Notes: generated by a model not told the origin, from the sequence alone. A DNA stretch of 64,000 nt from Carcharhinus amblyrhynchos (GCA_965287045.1 OZ336886.1:38998001-39062000), one strand, 5' to 3'; shown: positions 38,523 to 52,916, counted from the stretch's first letter. Translations and numbers: made by a program.

Positions 38523-39523
38523 GTGGAGAACTGCAGGTGGAGTGTGGCATTGCCCAGTGTGGAGCAGTGTGGAAGGGTGGCAAACTTTGTATGTCTTAGT
38601 GTGGGATGAGAACAGTGATCCTAATGAAGAGCAGTGAGCTCAGCTGAGTGTTGATCAGAGTTGTGGGGGGCTGGTTAGTAGCAAACTTGTATCACGCAAT
38701 GTGTGTCTAGACAGCCAATCTCAGTGTACACTGGTGATTTTGTAAGGAGGTGAGTGATGAACCCAGAGTAGAATACCATAAGAGGATAGCGGCACAAGCG
38801 AAGAAAGAGGGAACCAGTATGCAGCAGAGCAGGAGGACAGCAGTCAACCTCTCGTGGAGCAGCACAAGAGGAGAGAGATGAATCCAGTGTGAAGCAGCAA
38901 GATTGGAAAACCAAGTGTAGAACAATGTGTTAAGAGGATGGCAAGAGCAGTCTGGAGCAGGTTGGGTGGAATCAGCAGTCCAATATGAAACATTGCAGGA
39001 GCGGTGAACCTAGTATGCCAATGTGGAACATAAATGATGAGCCCAGTTTTGAGTGGTGCTTGAGAAGAGCAACGGATCCAGTATGAGCAGCGTGGGAGAA
39101 GAACATGAAACCAGTGTACAGCAATGTGAGAAGAGTACAGCAAATCGAATATTGTGCCGCGCAGCTAGCGCATGATAAATCCAGTCTGGGGCAGCGAACG
39201 AGAGAGGTGAACACAGTATGGATCATTGTGGGAGAAGAGTGAAGACTCCAGTGTGGACCAGTCCAGGCAGAGTGCAGTGAACCCAGAGGAGTCATACACA
39301 TGGATGGAGAACCCACTATGGAACAGTGTTGGATGTGAGCAGAGGTCCCGTTTGGAAGGAAGTAGGAGAAGGAGGAATGGTGATCCCAATGTGGAGCACT
39401 ATGTGAGGTGAGTAACGATCCCAGTGAGGGGGCATGTGGATGCATGACAACGAACCCAGTGTTGAGCAGCACAGCAGCAAGCCCAGGATGCAGCTGTGAG
39501 GGAGGAGCAACTAAACCGAGCAG
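38523..39523 (+). repeat. Minisatellite block S2
   Basis: Near-identical to 10646-11646 (offset 27877). Confidence 0.85.
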
Positions 39524-40714
39524 CAACTACAAGAGAAATTCAGGGAACAGCACCAACCCTTGTGTATGACAGTCTTTCATCTTGCAAGAGCTGTCAACAT
39601 TGTCAATCCTGAGGGATTATGGAGCACACTCCATTTCAGCTGCCCCAAATGTTTGTCACATTTCTCCAGCTGCTCCACAATGACGTGCAAGCCTTGATCG
39701 TGACCAATGGATCCACTACAGATCAAATTTGCTTTGGAAATGTGGTTGTGAAATTCTGCATCATCACACCAACGCTCTTCTCAATGTTGCTTCATGCACA
39801 CTCTGATCTCACACTCAACAACCTGCCACTGGATTAGAGCTAAATTACAGAACAAACGACAATCTATTCATTGATCCATACATGCAGGCCTGATCCAAAG
39901 TCGTCCTATCCTCCTGTCAGTCAACTACGTATAGCAAATAATGATCGCGACTGCACAAAATTGGAGGCTAAGTTCCAAACCATGGTCAACACCTTTTCCA
40001 AAATGTACGAGAGATGTACATAAATATGCTGTCGCCTGAGGAAGTGTTTGAAGATCAGGAACTCAGTCAAATAACAGGGCTCATGGTCTACAGTGCATTA
40101 GTGTTACTGCCTATCTGTATGGCTCAGAAATGTTGATTATGTACAGCAGGCACCTCAAAACCGTGGAGACATAGCACCAGTGCTGCCTCTGGATGATCCT
40201 GAAAATCTATTGATCGCATAAACACACACCAACGCTCTTCTCAATTTTGCCACTGGACAATGGTCTCATTCAGGGCAATGTCCCAGCATTGAAACATTGA
40301 CCCAGCTGATTCCACTCTGCTGGGAACACCATATCGCCAAATGTCTGACACGAGACACCCAACGCAAATGCTGTGCTTGGAGCTTTGGTATTGCAAGCAA
40401 GTCCCATAGGAGCAGGAAAAATGCATCAATAACACCCCAAAAACGTCCTCAAAACTTAGAACAACCCCACTGATAGCAGGGAATCCCTTGCGCAAGACCA
40501 CTTAAAACGGATGAAAAGCATTGAAAAGGAGCTGAACACCTTGATCTTCATCGCCAAGAGCAAGCGGAAGTCGAGTGGTGTCAGGAAAGGTGTGCATAGT
40601 GATCCACTCACACACCCACTCCTCTATTCCATATCTGTCCCCCATGATAGAGATGGTAAGCTGTCATTAGACTCTTCCGCCATCTGCGAAATTATTTTGA
40701 GTGTTGCAGTAAGT
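39524..40714 (+). mobile_element. RTE LINE fragment type A (unit 19)
   Basis: Near-identical to unit 6 up to about 40500. Confidence 0.85.
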
Positions 40715-41740
40715 GTGGAGAAGCGCGGGGAGTGTTGCATGCCCAGTGTGTAGAGGGCAGGAGACAAGTGGCAAACCCAGTATGAAGTAACACTGAATGA
40801 GGACGGTGATCCTAACGAGGAGCAGTAGCAGAGGAGAGTGTTTAACTGAGTGTTGAGTGGGGCGTTCATCGCTGAACTTCTATAATGCAACATAGGACCA
40901 GAGTATTGATCCTAGACTACAACAGTGTTTTAGTAAGGAGATGAATAGTGATCCCAGGGTAGAACAGCATGAGAGGATGGCAGCAAATGCAGTGTGGACA
41001 GTTTGAGAGGGGAGTGCTGGACCCAGTCTGGAGCAGCATGAGAGGAGAGAGTTGAATCCAGTGTTGAGCAGCGAGGTTGGTGAACCAAGTGTAGAACAAC
41101 GTGTTATCAGGAAAGTGAAAGAAGTATGGAGCAAGGCATCAGCAATCCGGTATGAAGCATCGCAGGAGCAGAGCGATGGAGCCAGTACGGCGTGACAGGG
41201 GAGAAGATCTGCAAACTCTTGATAATGTGATGTAGGATATAAACGAGCAGCCTATTTTCGAGTGGTGAAGCAGGACAGCAATGAACCCAGTGCGAGCTGA
41301 TAGGAGAAGAGCAATGAAACCAGTGCGGAGCAATGTGAGAAGAGTACTGTGAGTTGAAAATGGTGCAGCGCAGGAGAAGAGGAATAGTCTAGAGCAATGG
41401 AAGAAGAGAGAAGTGGACACAGTGATCATGGAAGAAGAGCGAAGAAACCAGTGAGGCCCAGCGCAGACAGAGTGTAGTGAACCCAGTCAAGCAGTGCGCA
41501 GGGATGTCAAACCCAGTGTGCAGCACCACGGGAGAAGAGCGAAGATCTCAGTTTAGAAGAATGTGGGAGGAGGTAGTGGGACAATCCCAGCGTGGAGCAG
41601 CTGTGAGACGAGCGGTGGAACCCTTTGAGTAGCACAGGAGCAGAGGGCTGATCTCAGCGTGGAGCCATTTGGATGCATGACGATGAACCAAGTGTTGAGC
41701 AGTTCAGCAGAAAACCTGAGTTGGAGAAGCATGGGATGAG
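40715..41740 (+). repeat. Minisatellite block S1 (mainly S1b)
   Basis: Collinear with 3815-4844. Confidence 0.82.
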
Positions 41741-43014
41741 CAACTACAAGAGAAATGCAGGGAAAGCATCGACAATTTTACATGATCTTCTTTGATCTCG
41801 GAAGAGTCTTCAACGTTGACTGTGCTGACAGATTATGGGGAAGTATCCTCTGTGTTGGCTGCCCCAATGGTCACCATTCTCCACCTGCTTCACAATGACA
41901 CGTCGGCCAAGAGCCTGACCAACGGATCCTCCACAAATCCAACTAACCCAATACTATTCTCAATCTTGCTTCCGACAGTGCACCATCTCACCCCCTGAAA
42001 GCTGCCAATGAAATAGAGCTAAATTCCTGAACAAACAAGAATCTATTCAGCATCCAACAAGTGCAGGCCTGATCCAGGGTCATCCCATCTTGTCATGGAA
42101 CTGTATTTGGAAACGATGATTGTGCTTGTGCACAATTGGAGGCCAAGCTCTAAACCATGGTCAACACTTTCCCCAAGATGTATGAGAGCGTGGGCTTTTC
42201 ACTAAATATCCATAAGACAATGGTCCTCTTCCAACCTCCCTCGTCATACAAAACTGATGCCACCAAAGCCAGTCATCAAAATGAAAAACATGTTCTTGGA
42301 AAATGTGGACTACATTCCATAACGTGACAAGTCACAATGGCAGACAACAACAAACTTCAACACTGTCTTCAGTGTGCCAACGCAGCCTTCTGTCACCTGA
42401 GGGTGTGTTTGAAGATCAGGAACTCAGACAAGCACAAAGCTCATGGTCTACAGGGTCCGAGTGCTACAACCCTCGATGTGGCTCAGAGACGTGGACTCTG
42501 TACAGCAGGCACCTCAAACCCTGGAGAAATCCCTCCAGTGCTGCCACTGCAAGATCCAGCAAAGGCACACAACGTCAGTGGTATCGCTCAGATCAATCTC
42601 CTGAGCATCGAAGCACTGACCAGGCTGAGTCAGCTCTGCTGGGCTGGCCACTTCACCACATCAGACAGGAGTCTCCCAAAGCAATTTCTGTGCTCACAGC
42701 TTTGATACAGCAAGCTCCAGGAGAGTAGAGAAAATGCATCAAGAACATCCTGAAAACTTCTTCAGAATTTACAACACTGCCACTGACCCCAAGGAATCCC
42801 ATGCCCAAGACTGCTTGAAGTGGATGAAAAGCATCTGAGAAGGAGCTGAACACCTTGATCTTCATCACTGAGAGCAAGCAGAAGCCAAACTTCATCAGGA
42901 GAAGGAGCATGGAGCAACCCACCCACTCAGCCACTCCCCCACTGTAATAGAGATTGTCGGCTGTCATGAGACTGCTCCATCAGCTGTGAATTTATTTTAA
43001 GTGTTATCGCAAGT
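41741..43014 (+). mobile_element. RTE LINE fragment type C (unit 20)
   Basis: Collinear with unit 3, more diverged. Confidence 0.86.
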
Positions 43015-44017
43015 GTGGAGAAACGCAGGTGGAGTGTGGCATTGCCCTGTGTGGAGCAGTGTGGAATGGTGGCAAACCTTGTATGCCTTAGTGTGGGATG
43101 AGGACGGTGATCCTAATGAAGAGCAGCGAGCTCAACTGAGTGTTGATCAGAGTTGTGGGGGGCTGGTTAGTGGCAAACTTGTATCACGCAACGTGTGCCC
43201 AGACAGCCGATCTCAGTATACAATGGTGATTTTGTAAGGAGGTGAGTGATGAACCCAGGGTAGAATACCATAAGAGGATAGCGGCACAAGAGGAGAAGGA
43301 GGAAACCAGTATACAGCAGAGCACGAGGACAGCAGTCAACCTCTTCTGGAGCAGCACAAGAGGAGAGAGATGAATCCAGTGCGAAGCAGCAAGATTGGCA
43401 AACCAAGTGTAGAACAATGTGTTATCAGGAAGGCAAAAGCAGTCTGGAGCAGGTTGGGTGGAATCAGCAGTCCAACGTGAAACATTGCAGGAGCATTGAA
43501 CCTAGTATGCCAATGTGGAATATAAATAATGAGCCCAGTTTTGAGTGGTGCCCTAGAAGAGCAATGGATCCAGTGTGAGTAGCATGGGAGAAGAACATGA
43601 AACCAGTGTACAGCAATGTGAGAAGAGTACAGCAAATTGAATGTTGTGCCTCGCAGAAACGCATGATAAATCCAGTCTGGGGCAGCGAAGAAGGAGAGAG
43701 GTGAACACAGTATGGATCATTGTGGGAGAAGAGTGAAGACTCCAGTGTGGACCAGTCCAGGCAGAGTGCAGAGAATCCAGAGGAGTAGTGCACATGGATG
43801 GAGAACCCACTCTGGAACAGTGTCGGATGTGAGCAGAGGTCCCGTTTAGAAGGAAGTAGGAGACGGAGGAATGGTGATCCCAATGTGGAGCAGTATGTGT
43901 GGTGAATAACGAACCCAGTGAGGGGGCATGTGGATGCATGACAACGAACCCAATGTTGAGCAGCACAGCAGCAAGCCCAGGATGCAGCTGTGAGGGAGGA
44001 GCAACTAAACCGAGCAG
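43015..44017 (+). repeat. Minisatellite block S2
   Basis: Collinear with 6131-7132. Confidence 0.84.
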
Positions 44018-45195
44018 CAACTACAAGGGAAATTCAGGGAACAGCACCAGCCCTCGTGTATGACATTCTTTAATCTTGCAAGAGCCGTCAACATTGTCAA
44101 TCCTGAGGGATTATGGAGCACACTCCATTTCAGATGCCCCAAATGTTTGTCACATTTCTCCAGCTGCTCCACAATGACATGCAAGCCTTGATCCTGACCA
44201 ATGGATCCACCACAGGCCAAATTCGCTTTGGAAATGTGGTCGTGAAATTCTGCATCATCACACCAACGCTCTTCTCAATTTTGCTTCATGCACAGTCTCA
44301 TCTCACACTCAGCAACCTGCCACTGGATTAGAGCTAAGTTACAGAACAAACAACAATCTATCCAGTGATCCATACATGCAGGCCTGATCCAAAGTCGTCC
44401 TGTCTTTCAGTCAGTCAACTACGTATAGCAAATAATGATCGCGACTGCGCAAATTTGGAGGCCAAGTTCCAAACCATGGTCAGCAGTATGAGAGATGTAC
44501 ATAAATATGCTGTCGCCTGAGGAAGTGTTTGAAGATCAGGAACTCAGCCAAATAACAGGGCTCATGGTCTACAGTGCAGTCGTGTTACTGCCCATCTCTA
44601 TGGCTCAGAAATGTTGATTATGTACAGCAGGCACCTCAAAACCCTGGAGAAGTAGCACCAGTGCTGCCTCTGGATGATCCTGAAAATCCATTGATAGCAT
44701 CAACACACACCAACGCTCTTCTCAATTTTGCCACTGGACAATGGCCTCACTCAGGCAAATATCCCAGCACTGAAGCATTGACCATGCTGAGTCAACTCTG
44801 CTGGGCACGCCATATCGCCAAATGTCTGACACGAGATACCCAAAGCAAATGCAGTGCTTGGAGCTTCGATATTGCAAGCAAGTCCCTTAGGAGCAGGAAA
44901 AATGCATCAATAACACCCTGAAAACGTCCTCAAAACTTAGAACAACCTCACTGATAGCAGGGAATCCCTTGCGCAAGACCATTTAAAATGGATGAAAAGC
45001 ATTGAAAAGGAGCTGAACACCTTGATCTTCATCGCCAAGACCAAGCAGAAGTTGAGTGGTGTCAGGAAAGGAGTGCGTTGTGATCCACTCACTCATCCAC
45101 TCCTCTTTTCCATATCTGCCCCCCGTGATGGAGATTGTAGGCTATCATTCGACTGTTCCACCATCTGTGAAATTATTTTGAGTGTTGTAGTAAGT
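44018..45195 (+). mobile_element. RTE LINE fragment type A (unit 21)
   Basis: Collinear with unit 1; small deletion at about 44485. Confidence 0.85.
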
Positions 45196-46221
45196 GTGGA
45201 GAAGCACGGGGAGTGTTGCATGCCCAGTGTGAAGAGGGCAGGAGACAGGTGGCAATTCCAGTATGAAGTAACACGGAATGAGGACGGTGATCCTAATGAG
45301 GAGCAGCAGCTGAGGAGAGTGTTTAACTAAGTATTGAGTGGAGTGGGGCGTTTATTGGTGAACTTGTATAATGCAACACAGGACCAGAGAACTGATCCTA
45401 GAGTACCAGAGTGTTTTAGTAAGGAGATGAATAGAGATCCCAGGGTAGAACAGCATGAGAGGATGGCAGCAAATGCAGTGTGGAGCAGTTTGAGAGGGGA
45501 GTGCTGAACCCAGTCTGGAGCAGTATGAGAGGAGAGAGTTGAATCCAGCGTTGAGCAGCAAGGTTGGCGAACCAAGTGTAGAACAATGTGTTATCAGGAA
45601 AGTGAAAGAAGTGTGGAGCAAGGCATCAGCAATCCGGTCTGAAGCATCGCTGCAGCAGAGCGGTGGAGCCAGTACGGCGTGACAGGGGAGAAGATCTGCA
45701 ACTCTTTATAATGTGATGTAGGATATAAACGACCAGCCTATTTTCGAGTGGTGAAACAGGAAGCAATAAACCGAGTGTGAGCAGATAGGAGAAGAGCAAT
45801 GAAACCAGTGCAGAGCAATGTGAGAAGAGTACTATGAGTTGAATATGGTGCAGCACAGGAGAAGAGGAATAGTCTGGAGTAATGGAAGAAGAGAGAAGCA
45901 AACACAGTGATCGTAGAAGAGCGAAGAAACCCGTGTGGCCCAGTGCAGGCAGAGTGCAGTAAACCCAGTCGAGCAGTGCGCAGGGATATCAAACCCAGTG
46001 TGGAGCACCACAGGAGGAGAGCAAAGATCTCAGTTGAGAAGAATGTGGGAGGAGGTGGTGGGGCAATCCCAGCGTGGAGCAGCTGTGAGGACAGCGGTGG
46101 AACCCATTGAGTAGCACAGGAGCAGAGGGCTGATCCCAGTGTGGAGCCATTTGGATGCATGACGATGAATCCAGTTTGTACAGTTCAGCAGGAAACCTGA
46201 GGTGGAGATGCATGGGACGAG
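45196..46221 (+). repeat. Minisatellite block S1 (S1a switching to S1b near 46080)
   Basis: S1a diagnostics GATCGTAGAAGAG and GGTGGTGGGG, then S1b CAGCTGTGAG and GCTGATCCCAG. Confidence 0.8.
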
Positions 46222-47508
46222 CAACGACAAGAGAAATGCAGGGAAAGCAGCAGCAATTTTACATGATCTTCTTTGATCTCGGAAGAGTCTTCAACGTTGT
46301 CTATGCTGAGAGATTATGGGGAACTATCCTCTCTGTTGGCTGCCCCAGTGGTCACCATTCTCTATCTCCTTCACAAGGACACGTCGGCCATGAACCTGAC
46401 CAACGGATCCACCACAAACCCAACTTATACCAATACTGTTCTCAATCTTGCTTCTTACATTGCACCATCTCACCCCCAGAAAGCTGCCAGTGAAATAGAG
46501 CTACATTACAGAACAAACAAGAATCTGTTCAGCATCCAATAGGTGCAGGCCTGATCCAGGGTCGTCCCATCTTGTCATGGAACTGTATTTGGAAACAATG
46601 ATTGTGCTTGTGCACAATTGGAGGCCAAGCTCCGAACCATGGTCAACACTTTCACCAAGATGTATGAGAGCGTGGGCCTTTCACTAAATATCCAGAAGAC
46701 CATGGTCCTCTTTCAACCTGCCCTCGTCGTACAGAACTGATGCCACCAAAACCGGTCATCAAAATCAACAACAAGTTCTTGGAAAATGTGGACTACGTTC
46801 CATAACATGACAGCTCACAATGGCAGACAACAACAACAAACTTCAACACTGTCTTCAGTGTGCCAACGCAGCCTTGCTGAGGATGTGTTTGAAGATCAGG
46901 AACTCAGACTAACACAAAGCTCATGGTCTACAGGGTCCGAGTGTTACAACCCTCTATGTGGCTCAGAGATGTGGACTCTGTACAGCAGGCACCTCAAACC
47001 CTGGAGAAATCCCTCCAGTGCTGCCACTGCAAGATCCTGCAAATCCATTGGCAGCAAAGGCACACAACGTCAGTGGTATGGTTCAGATCAATCTCCTGAG
47101 CATCGAAGCACTGATCAGGCTGAGTCAGCTCTGCTGGGCTGGCCACATCACCATGTCAGACAGGAGTCTCCCAAAGCAATTGCTGTACTCAGAGCTTTGA
47201 TACAGCAAGCCCCAGGAGGGTAGAGAAAATGCATCAAGAACATCCTGAAAACTTCTTCAGAATTTACAGCACTGCCACTGACCCCAAGGAATCGCATGCC
47301 CAAGACCACTTGAAGTGGATGAAAAGCATCTGAGAAGGAGCTGAACACCTTGATCTTCATCACTGAGAGCAAGAGGAAGCCAAGCTTCATCAGGAGAAGG
47401 AGCACGGAGCGACTCACCCACTCAGCCACTATCCCCTGTAATCGAGATTGTAGGCTGTCATTAGACTGCTCCATCAGCTGTGAATTTATTTTAAGTGTCG
47501 TCGCAAGT
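46222..47508 (+). mobile_element. RTE LINE fragment type C (unit 22)
   Basis: Collinear with unit 3. Confidence 0.86.
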
Positions 47509-48511
47509 GTGGAGAAGCGCAGGTGGAGTGTGGCATTGCCCAGTGTGGAGCAGTGTGGAAGGGTGGCAAACTTGTATGTCTTAGTGTGGGATGAGGACGG
47601 TGATCCTAATGAAGAGCAGTGAGCTCAACTGAGTGTTGATCAGAGTTGTGGGGGGCTGGTTCGTGGCAAACTTGTATCACGCAACGTGTGTCCAGACAGC
47701 CAATCTCAGTGTACAATGGTGATTTTGTAAGGAGGTGAGTGATGCACCCAGGGTAGTACAACATAAGAGGATAGTGGCACAAGAGAAGAAGGAGGAAACC
47801 AGTATGCAGCAGAGCATGAGGACAGCAGTCAGCCTCTCGTGGAGCAGCACAAGAGAAGAGAGATGAATCCAGTGTGAAGCAGCAAGATTGGCAAACCAAG
47901 TGTAGAACAATGTGTTATCAGGAAGACAAAAGTAGTCTGGAGCAGGTTGGGTGGACTCAGCAGTCCAATATGAAACATTGCAGGACCGGTGAACCTAGTA
48001 TGCCAATGTGGAACATAAATGATGAGCCCAGTTTTGAGTGGTGCCCTAGAAGAGCAGTGGATCCAGTGTGAGCAGCGTGGGAGAAGAACATGAAACCAGT
48101 GTACAGCAATGTGAGAAGAGTACAGCAAATTGAATATTGTGCCGCGCAGCTCGCGCATGATAAATCCAGTCTGGGGCAGCGAAGAAGGAGAGAGGTGAAC
48201 ACAGTGTGGATCATTGTGGGAGAAGAGTGAAGACTCCAGTGTGGACCAGTCCAGGCAGAGTGCAGTGAACCCAGAGGAGTAGTGCACATGGATGGAGAAC
48301 CCACTCTGGAACAGTGTCGGATGTGAGCAGAGGTCCCGTTTAGAAGGAAGTAGGAGAAGGAGGAATGGTGATCCCAATGTGGAGCAGTGTGTGAGGTGAG
48401 TAACGATCCCAGTGAGGGGGCATGTGGATGCATGACAACGAACCCAGTGTTCAACAGCGCAGCAGCAAGCCCAGGATGCAGCTGTGAGGGAGGAGCAATT
48501 AAACCGAGCAG
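47509..48511 (+). repeat. Minisatellite block S2
   Basis: Collinear with 6131-7132. Confidence 0.84.
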
Positions 48512-49617
48512 CAAGTACAAGAGAAATTCAGGGAACAGCACTAACTCTTGTGTATAACATTCTTGAATCTTGCAAGAGCCATCAACATTGTCAATCCTGA
48601 GGGATTATGGAGCACACTCCATTTCAGCTGCCCTAAATGTTTGTCACATTTCTCCAGCTGCTCCACAATGACATGCAAGCCTTGATCGTGACCAATGGAT
48701 CCACCACAGATCAAATTCGCTTTGGAAATGTGGTTGTGAAATTCTGCATCATCACACCAACGCTCTTCTCAATTTTGCTTCATGCACTCTCTGATCTCAC
48801 ACTCAGCAACCTGCCACTGGATTAGTGCTATAGCAAATAATGATCGCGACTGCGCAAAATGGGAGGCCGAGTTCCAAAATATGGTCAACACCTTTTCCTA
48901 AATATACGAGAGATGTACATAAATATGCTGTCGCCTGAGGAGGTGTTTGAAGATCAGGAATTCAGTCAAATAACAGTGCTCATGGTCTACAGTGCAGTCG
49001 TGTTACTGCCTATCTGTATGGCTCAGAAATGTTGATTATGTACAGCAGGCACCTCAAAACCCTGGAGAAGTAGCATCAGTGCTGCCTCTGGATGATCCTA
49101 AAAATCCATTGATAGCATCAACACACACCAACGCTCTTCTCAATTTTGCCACTGGACAATGCTCTCATTCAGGCCAATATCCCAGCACTGAAGCATTGAC
49201 CATGCTGAGTCAACTCTGCTGGGCACGCCATATCGCCAAACGTCTGACACGAGATACCCAAAGCAAATGCAGTGCTTGGAGCTTCGATATTGCACGCAAG
49301 TCCCATCGGAGCAGGAAAAATGCATCAATAACACCCTGAAAACGTCCTAAAAACTGAGAACAACCCCACTGATAGCACGGAATCCCTTGCGCAAGTCCAT
49401 TTAAAATGGATGAAAAGCATTGAAAAGGAGCTGAACACCTTGATCTTCATCGCCAAGAGCAAGCGGAAGTCGAGTGGTGTCAGGAAAGGAGTGCATTGTG
49501 ATCCACTCACCCACCCACTCCTCAATTCCATATCTGCCCCCCATGATAGAAATTGTAGGCTATCATTTGACTGTTCCGCCCACCATCTGTCAAATTATTT
49601 TGAGTGTAGTAGTAAGT
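48512..49617 (+). mobile_element. RTE LINE fragment type A with ~88-bp internal deletion (unit 23)
   Basis: Junction GATTAGTGCTA|TAGCAAATAA at about 48830. Confidence 0.85.
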
Positions 49618-50647
49618 GTGGAGAAGCGCGGGGAGTGTTGCATGCCCAGTGTGAAGAGGGCAGGAGACAGGTGGCAAACCCAGTATGAAGTAACACGGAA
49701 TGAGGACGGTGATCCTAATGAGGAGCAGCAGTTGAGGAGTGTGTTTAACTGAGTGTTGAGTGGAGTGGGGCGTTTATTGGTGAACTTGTATAATGCAACA
49801 CAGGGCCAGAGAACTGATCCTAGATTACAACATTGTTTTAGTAAGGAGATGAATAGTGATCCCAGGGTAGAACAGCATGAGAGGATGGCAGCAAATGCAG
49901 TGTGGAGCAGTTTGAGAGGGGAGTGCTGAACCCAGTCTGGAGCAGTATGAGAGGAGAGAGTTGAATCCAGTGTTGAGCAGCGAGGTTGGCGAACCAAGTG
50001 TAGGACAATGTGTTATCAGGAAAGTGAAAGAAGTATGGAGCAAGGCATCAGCAATCCGGTAGAAGCATCGCAGGAGCAGAGCGGTGGAGCCAGTACAGCG
50101 TGACAGGGGAGAAGATCTGCAACTCTTTCTAATGTGATGGAGGATATAAACAACCAGCCTATTTTCGAGTGGTGACACAGGACAGCAATGAACCCAGTGT
50201 GAGCAGATAGGAGAAGAGCAATGAAACCAGTGCGAGCAATGTGAGAAGAGTACTGTGAGTTGAATATGGTGCAGCACAGGAGAAGAGGAATAGTCTGGAG
50301 GAATGGAAGAAGAGAGAAGCGAACACAGTGATCGTGAGAGAAGAGCGAAGAAACCTGTGTGGCTCAGTGCAGGCAGAGTGCAGTAAACACAGTCGAGCAG
50401 TGCACAGGGATGTCAAACCCAGTGTGGAGCACCACAGGAGGAGAGTGAAGATCTCAGTTTAGAAGAATGTGGGAGGAGGTTGTGGGGCAATCCCAGTGTG
50501 GAGCAGCGTGTGAGGGGAGCGGTGGAACCCATTGAGTAGCACAGGAGCAGAGGGCTGAATGGAGTATGGAGCCATTTGGACGCATGACCATGAACCCAGT
50601 GTTGAGCAGTTCAGCAGGAAGCCTGAGTTGGAGAAGCATGGGACAAG
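49618..50647 (+). repeat. Minisatellite block S1 (S1a-like end)
   Basis: Collinear with 1638-2664. Confidence 0.82.
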
Positions 50648-51927
50648 CAACTACAAGAGAAATGCAGGGAAAGCATCAACAACTTTACATGACCTTCTTT
50701 GATCTCAGGAGAGCCTTCAACATTGTGTATGCTGAGAGGTTATGGGAAACTATCCTCTGTGTTGGCTGCCCCAGTAGTCACCATTCTCCACCTGCTTCAC
50801 AATGACACATAGGCTGTGAACCTGACCAACGGATCGTCCACAAATCCAACTTATACCAATACTGTTCTCAATCTTGCTTCCTACATTGCACCATCTCACC
50901 CCCAGAAAGCTGCCAGTGAAATAGAGATAAATTACAGAACAAACAAGAATCTGTTCAGCATCCAATAGGTGCAGGCCTGATCCAGGGTTGTCCCATGTTG
51001 TCATGGAACTGTATTTGGAAACGATGATTGTGCTTCTGCACAATTGGTGGCCAAGCTCCGAACCATGGTCAACACTTTCCCCAAGATGTATGAGTGTGGG
51101 CCTTTCACTAAATATCCATAAGACAATGGTCCTCTTCCAACCTCCCTCATCGTACAGAACTGATGCTGCCAAAACCAGTCATCAAAATCAACAACATGTT
51201 CTTAGAAAATGTGGACTACATTCCATAACGTGAGACCTCACAATGGCAGACAACAACAAACTTCAACACTGTCTTCAGTGTGCCAACGCAGTCTTCTGTC
51301 ACCTGAGGATGTGTTTGAAGATCAGGAACTCAGACAAGCACAAAGCTCATGGTCTACAGGGTCCGAGTGTTACAACCCTCTATATGGCTCAGAGACGTGG
51401 ACTCTGTACGGCAGGCACCTCAAACCCTGGAGAAATCCCTCCAGTGCTGCCACTGCAAGATCCTGCAAATCCATTGGCAGCAAAGGCACACAACGTCAGT
51501 GGTATGGTTCAGATCAATCTCCTGAGCATCGAAGCACTGACCAGGCTGAGTCAGCTCTGCTGGGCTGGCCACATCACAACGTCAGACAGGAGTCTCCCAA
51601 AGCAATTGCTGTACTCAGAGCTTTGATACAGCAAGCCCCAGGAGGGTAGAGAAAATGCATCAAGAACATCCTGAAAACGTCTTCAAAATTTACAACAGTG
51701 CCTCTGACCCCAAGGAATCCCATGCCCAAGACCGCTTGAAGTGGATGAAAAGCATCTGAGAAGGAGCTGAACACCTTGATCTACGTCACTGAGAGCAAGC
51801 GGAATCCAAGCATCATCAGGAGAAGGAGCACGGAGCAACCCACCCACTACCCCCCTGTAATAGAGATTGTAGGCTGTCATGAGACTGCTCCATCAGCTGT
51901 GAATTTATTTTAGGTGTCGTCGCAAGT
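50648..51927 (+). mobile_element. RTE LINE fragment type C with B-type first ~100 bp (unit 24, chimera)
   Basis: B-type LYMTFFDLRRAFNIVYAERLWET, then C-type body. Confidence 0.85.
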
Positions 51928-52916
51928 GTGGAGAAGCGCAGGTGGAGTGTGGCATTGCCCAGTGTGGAAGGGTGGCAAACCTTGTATGTCTTAGTGTGGG
52001 ATGAGGACGGTGATCCAAATGAAGAGCAGTGAGCTCAACTGAGTGTTGATCAGAGTTGTGGGGGGCTGGTTAGTGGCAAATTTGTATCACGCAACGTGTG
52101 TCCAGACAGCTGATCTCAGTGTACAATGGTGATTTTGTAAGGAGGTGAGTGATGAACCCAGGGTAGAATACCATAAGAGGATAGCGGCACAAGAGAAGGA
52201 GGAAACCAGTATGCAGCAGAGCAGGAGGACAGCAGTCAACCTCTTGTGGAGCAGCACAAGAGGAGAGAGATGAATCCAGTGTGAAGCAGCAAGATTGGAA
52301 AACCAAGTGTAGAACAATGTGTTATCAGGAAGGCAAAAGCAGTCTGGAGCAGGTTGGGTGGAATCAGCAGTCCAATATGAAACATTGCAGGAGCGATGAA
52401 CCTAGGATGCCAATGTGGAACATAAATGATGAGCCCAGTTTTGAGTGGTGCCCTAGAAGAGCAATGGATCCAGTGTGAGCAACATGGGAGTAGAACACGA
52501 AACCAGTGTACAGCAATGTGAGAAGAGTACAGCAAATTGAATATTGTGCCGCACAGCTAGCGCATGATAAATCCAGTCTGGGGCAGCGAAGGAGGAGAGA
52601 GGAGAACATAGTATTGATCATTGTGGGAGAAGAGTGAAGACTCCAGTGTGGACCAGTCCAGGCAGAGTGCAGTGAACCCAGAGGAGCAGTGCACATGGAT
52701 GGAGAACCCACTCTGGAACAGTATCGGATGTGATAGAGGTCCCGTTTCGAAGGAAGTAGGAGAAGGAGAAATGGTGATCCCAATGTGGAGCAGTATGTGA
52801 GCTGAGTAACGATCCCAGTGAGGGAGCATGTGGATGCACGACAACAAAACCCGTGTTGAGCAGCACTGCAGCAAAACCAGGATGCAGCTGTGAGGGAGGA
52901 CAAATAAACCGAGCAG
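51928..52916 (+). repeat. Minisatellite block S2
   Basis: Collinear with 6131-7132, small deletions. Confidence 0.84.
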
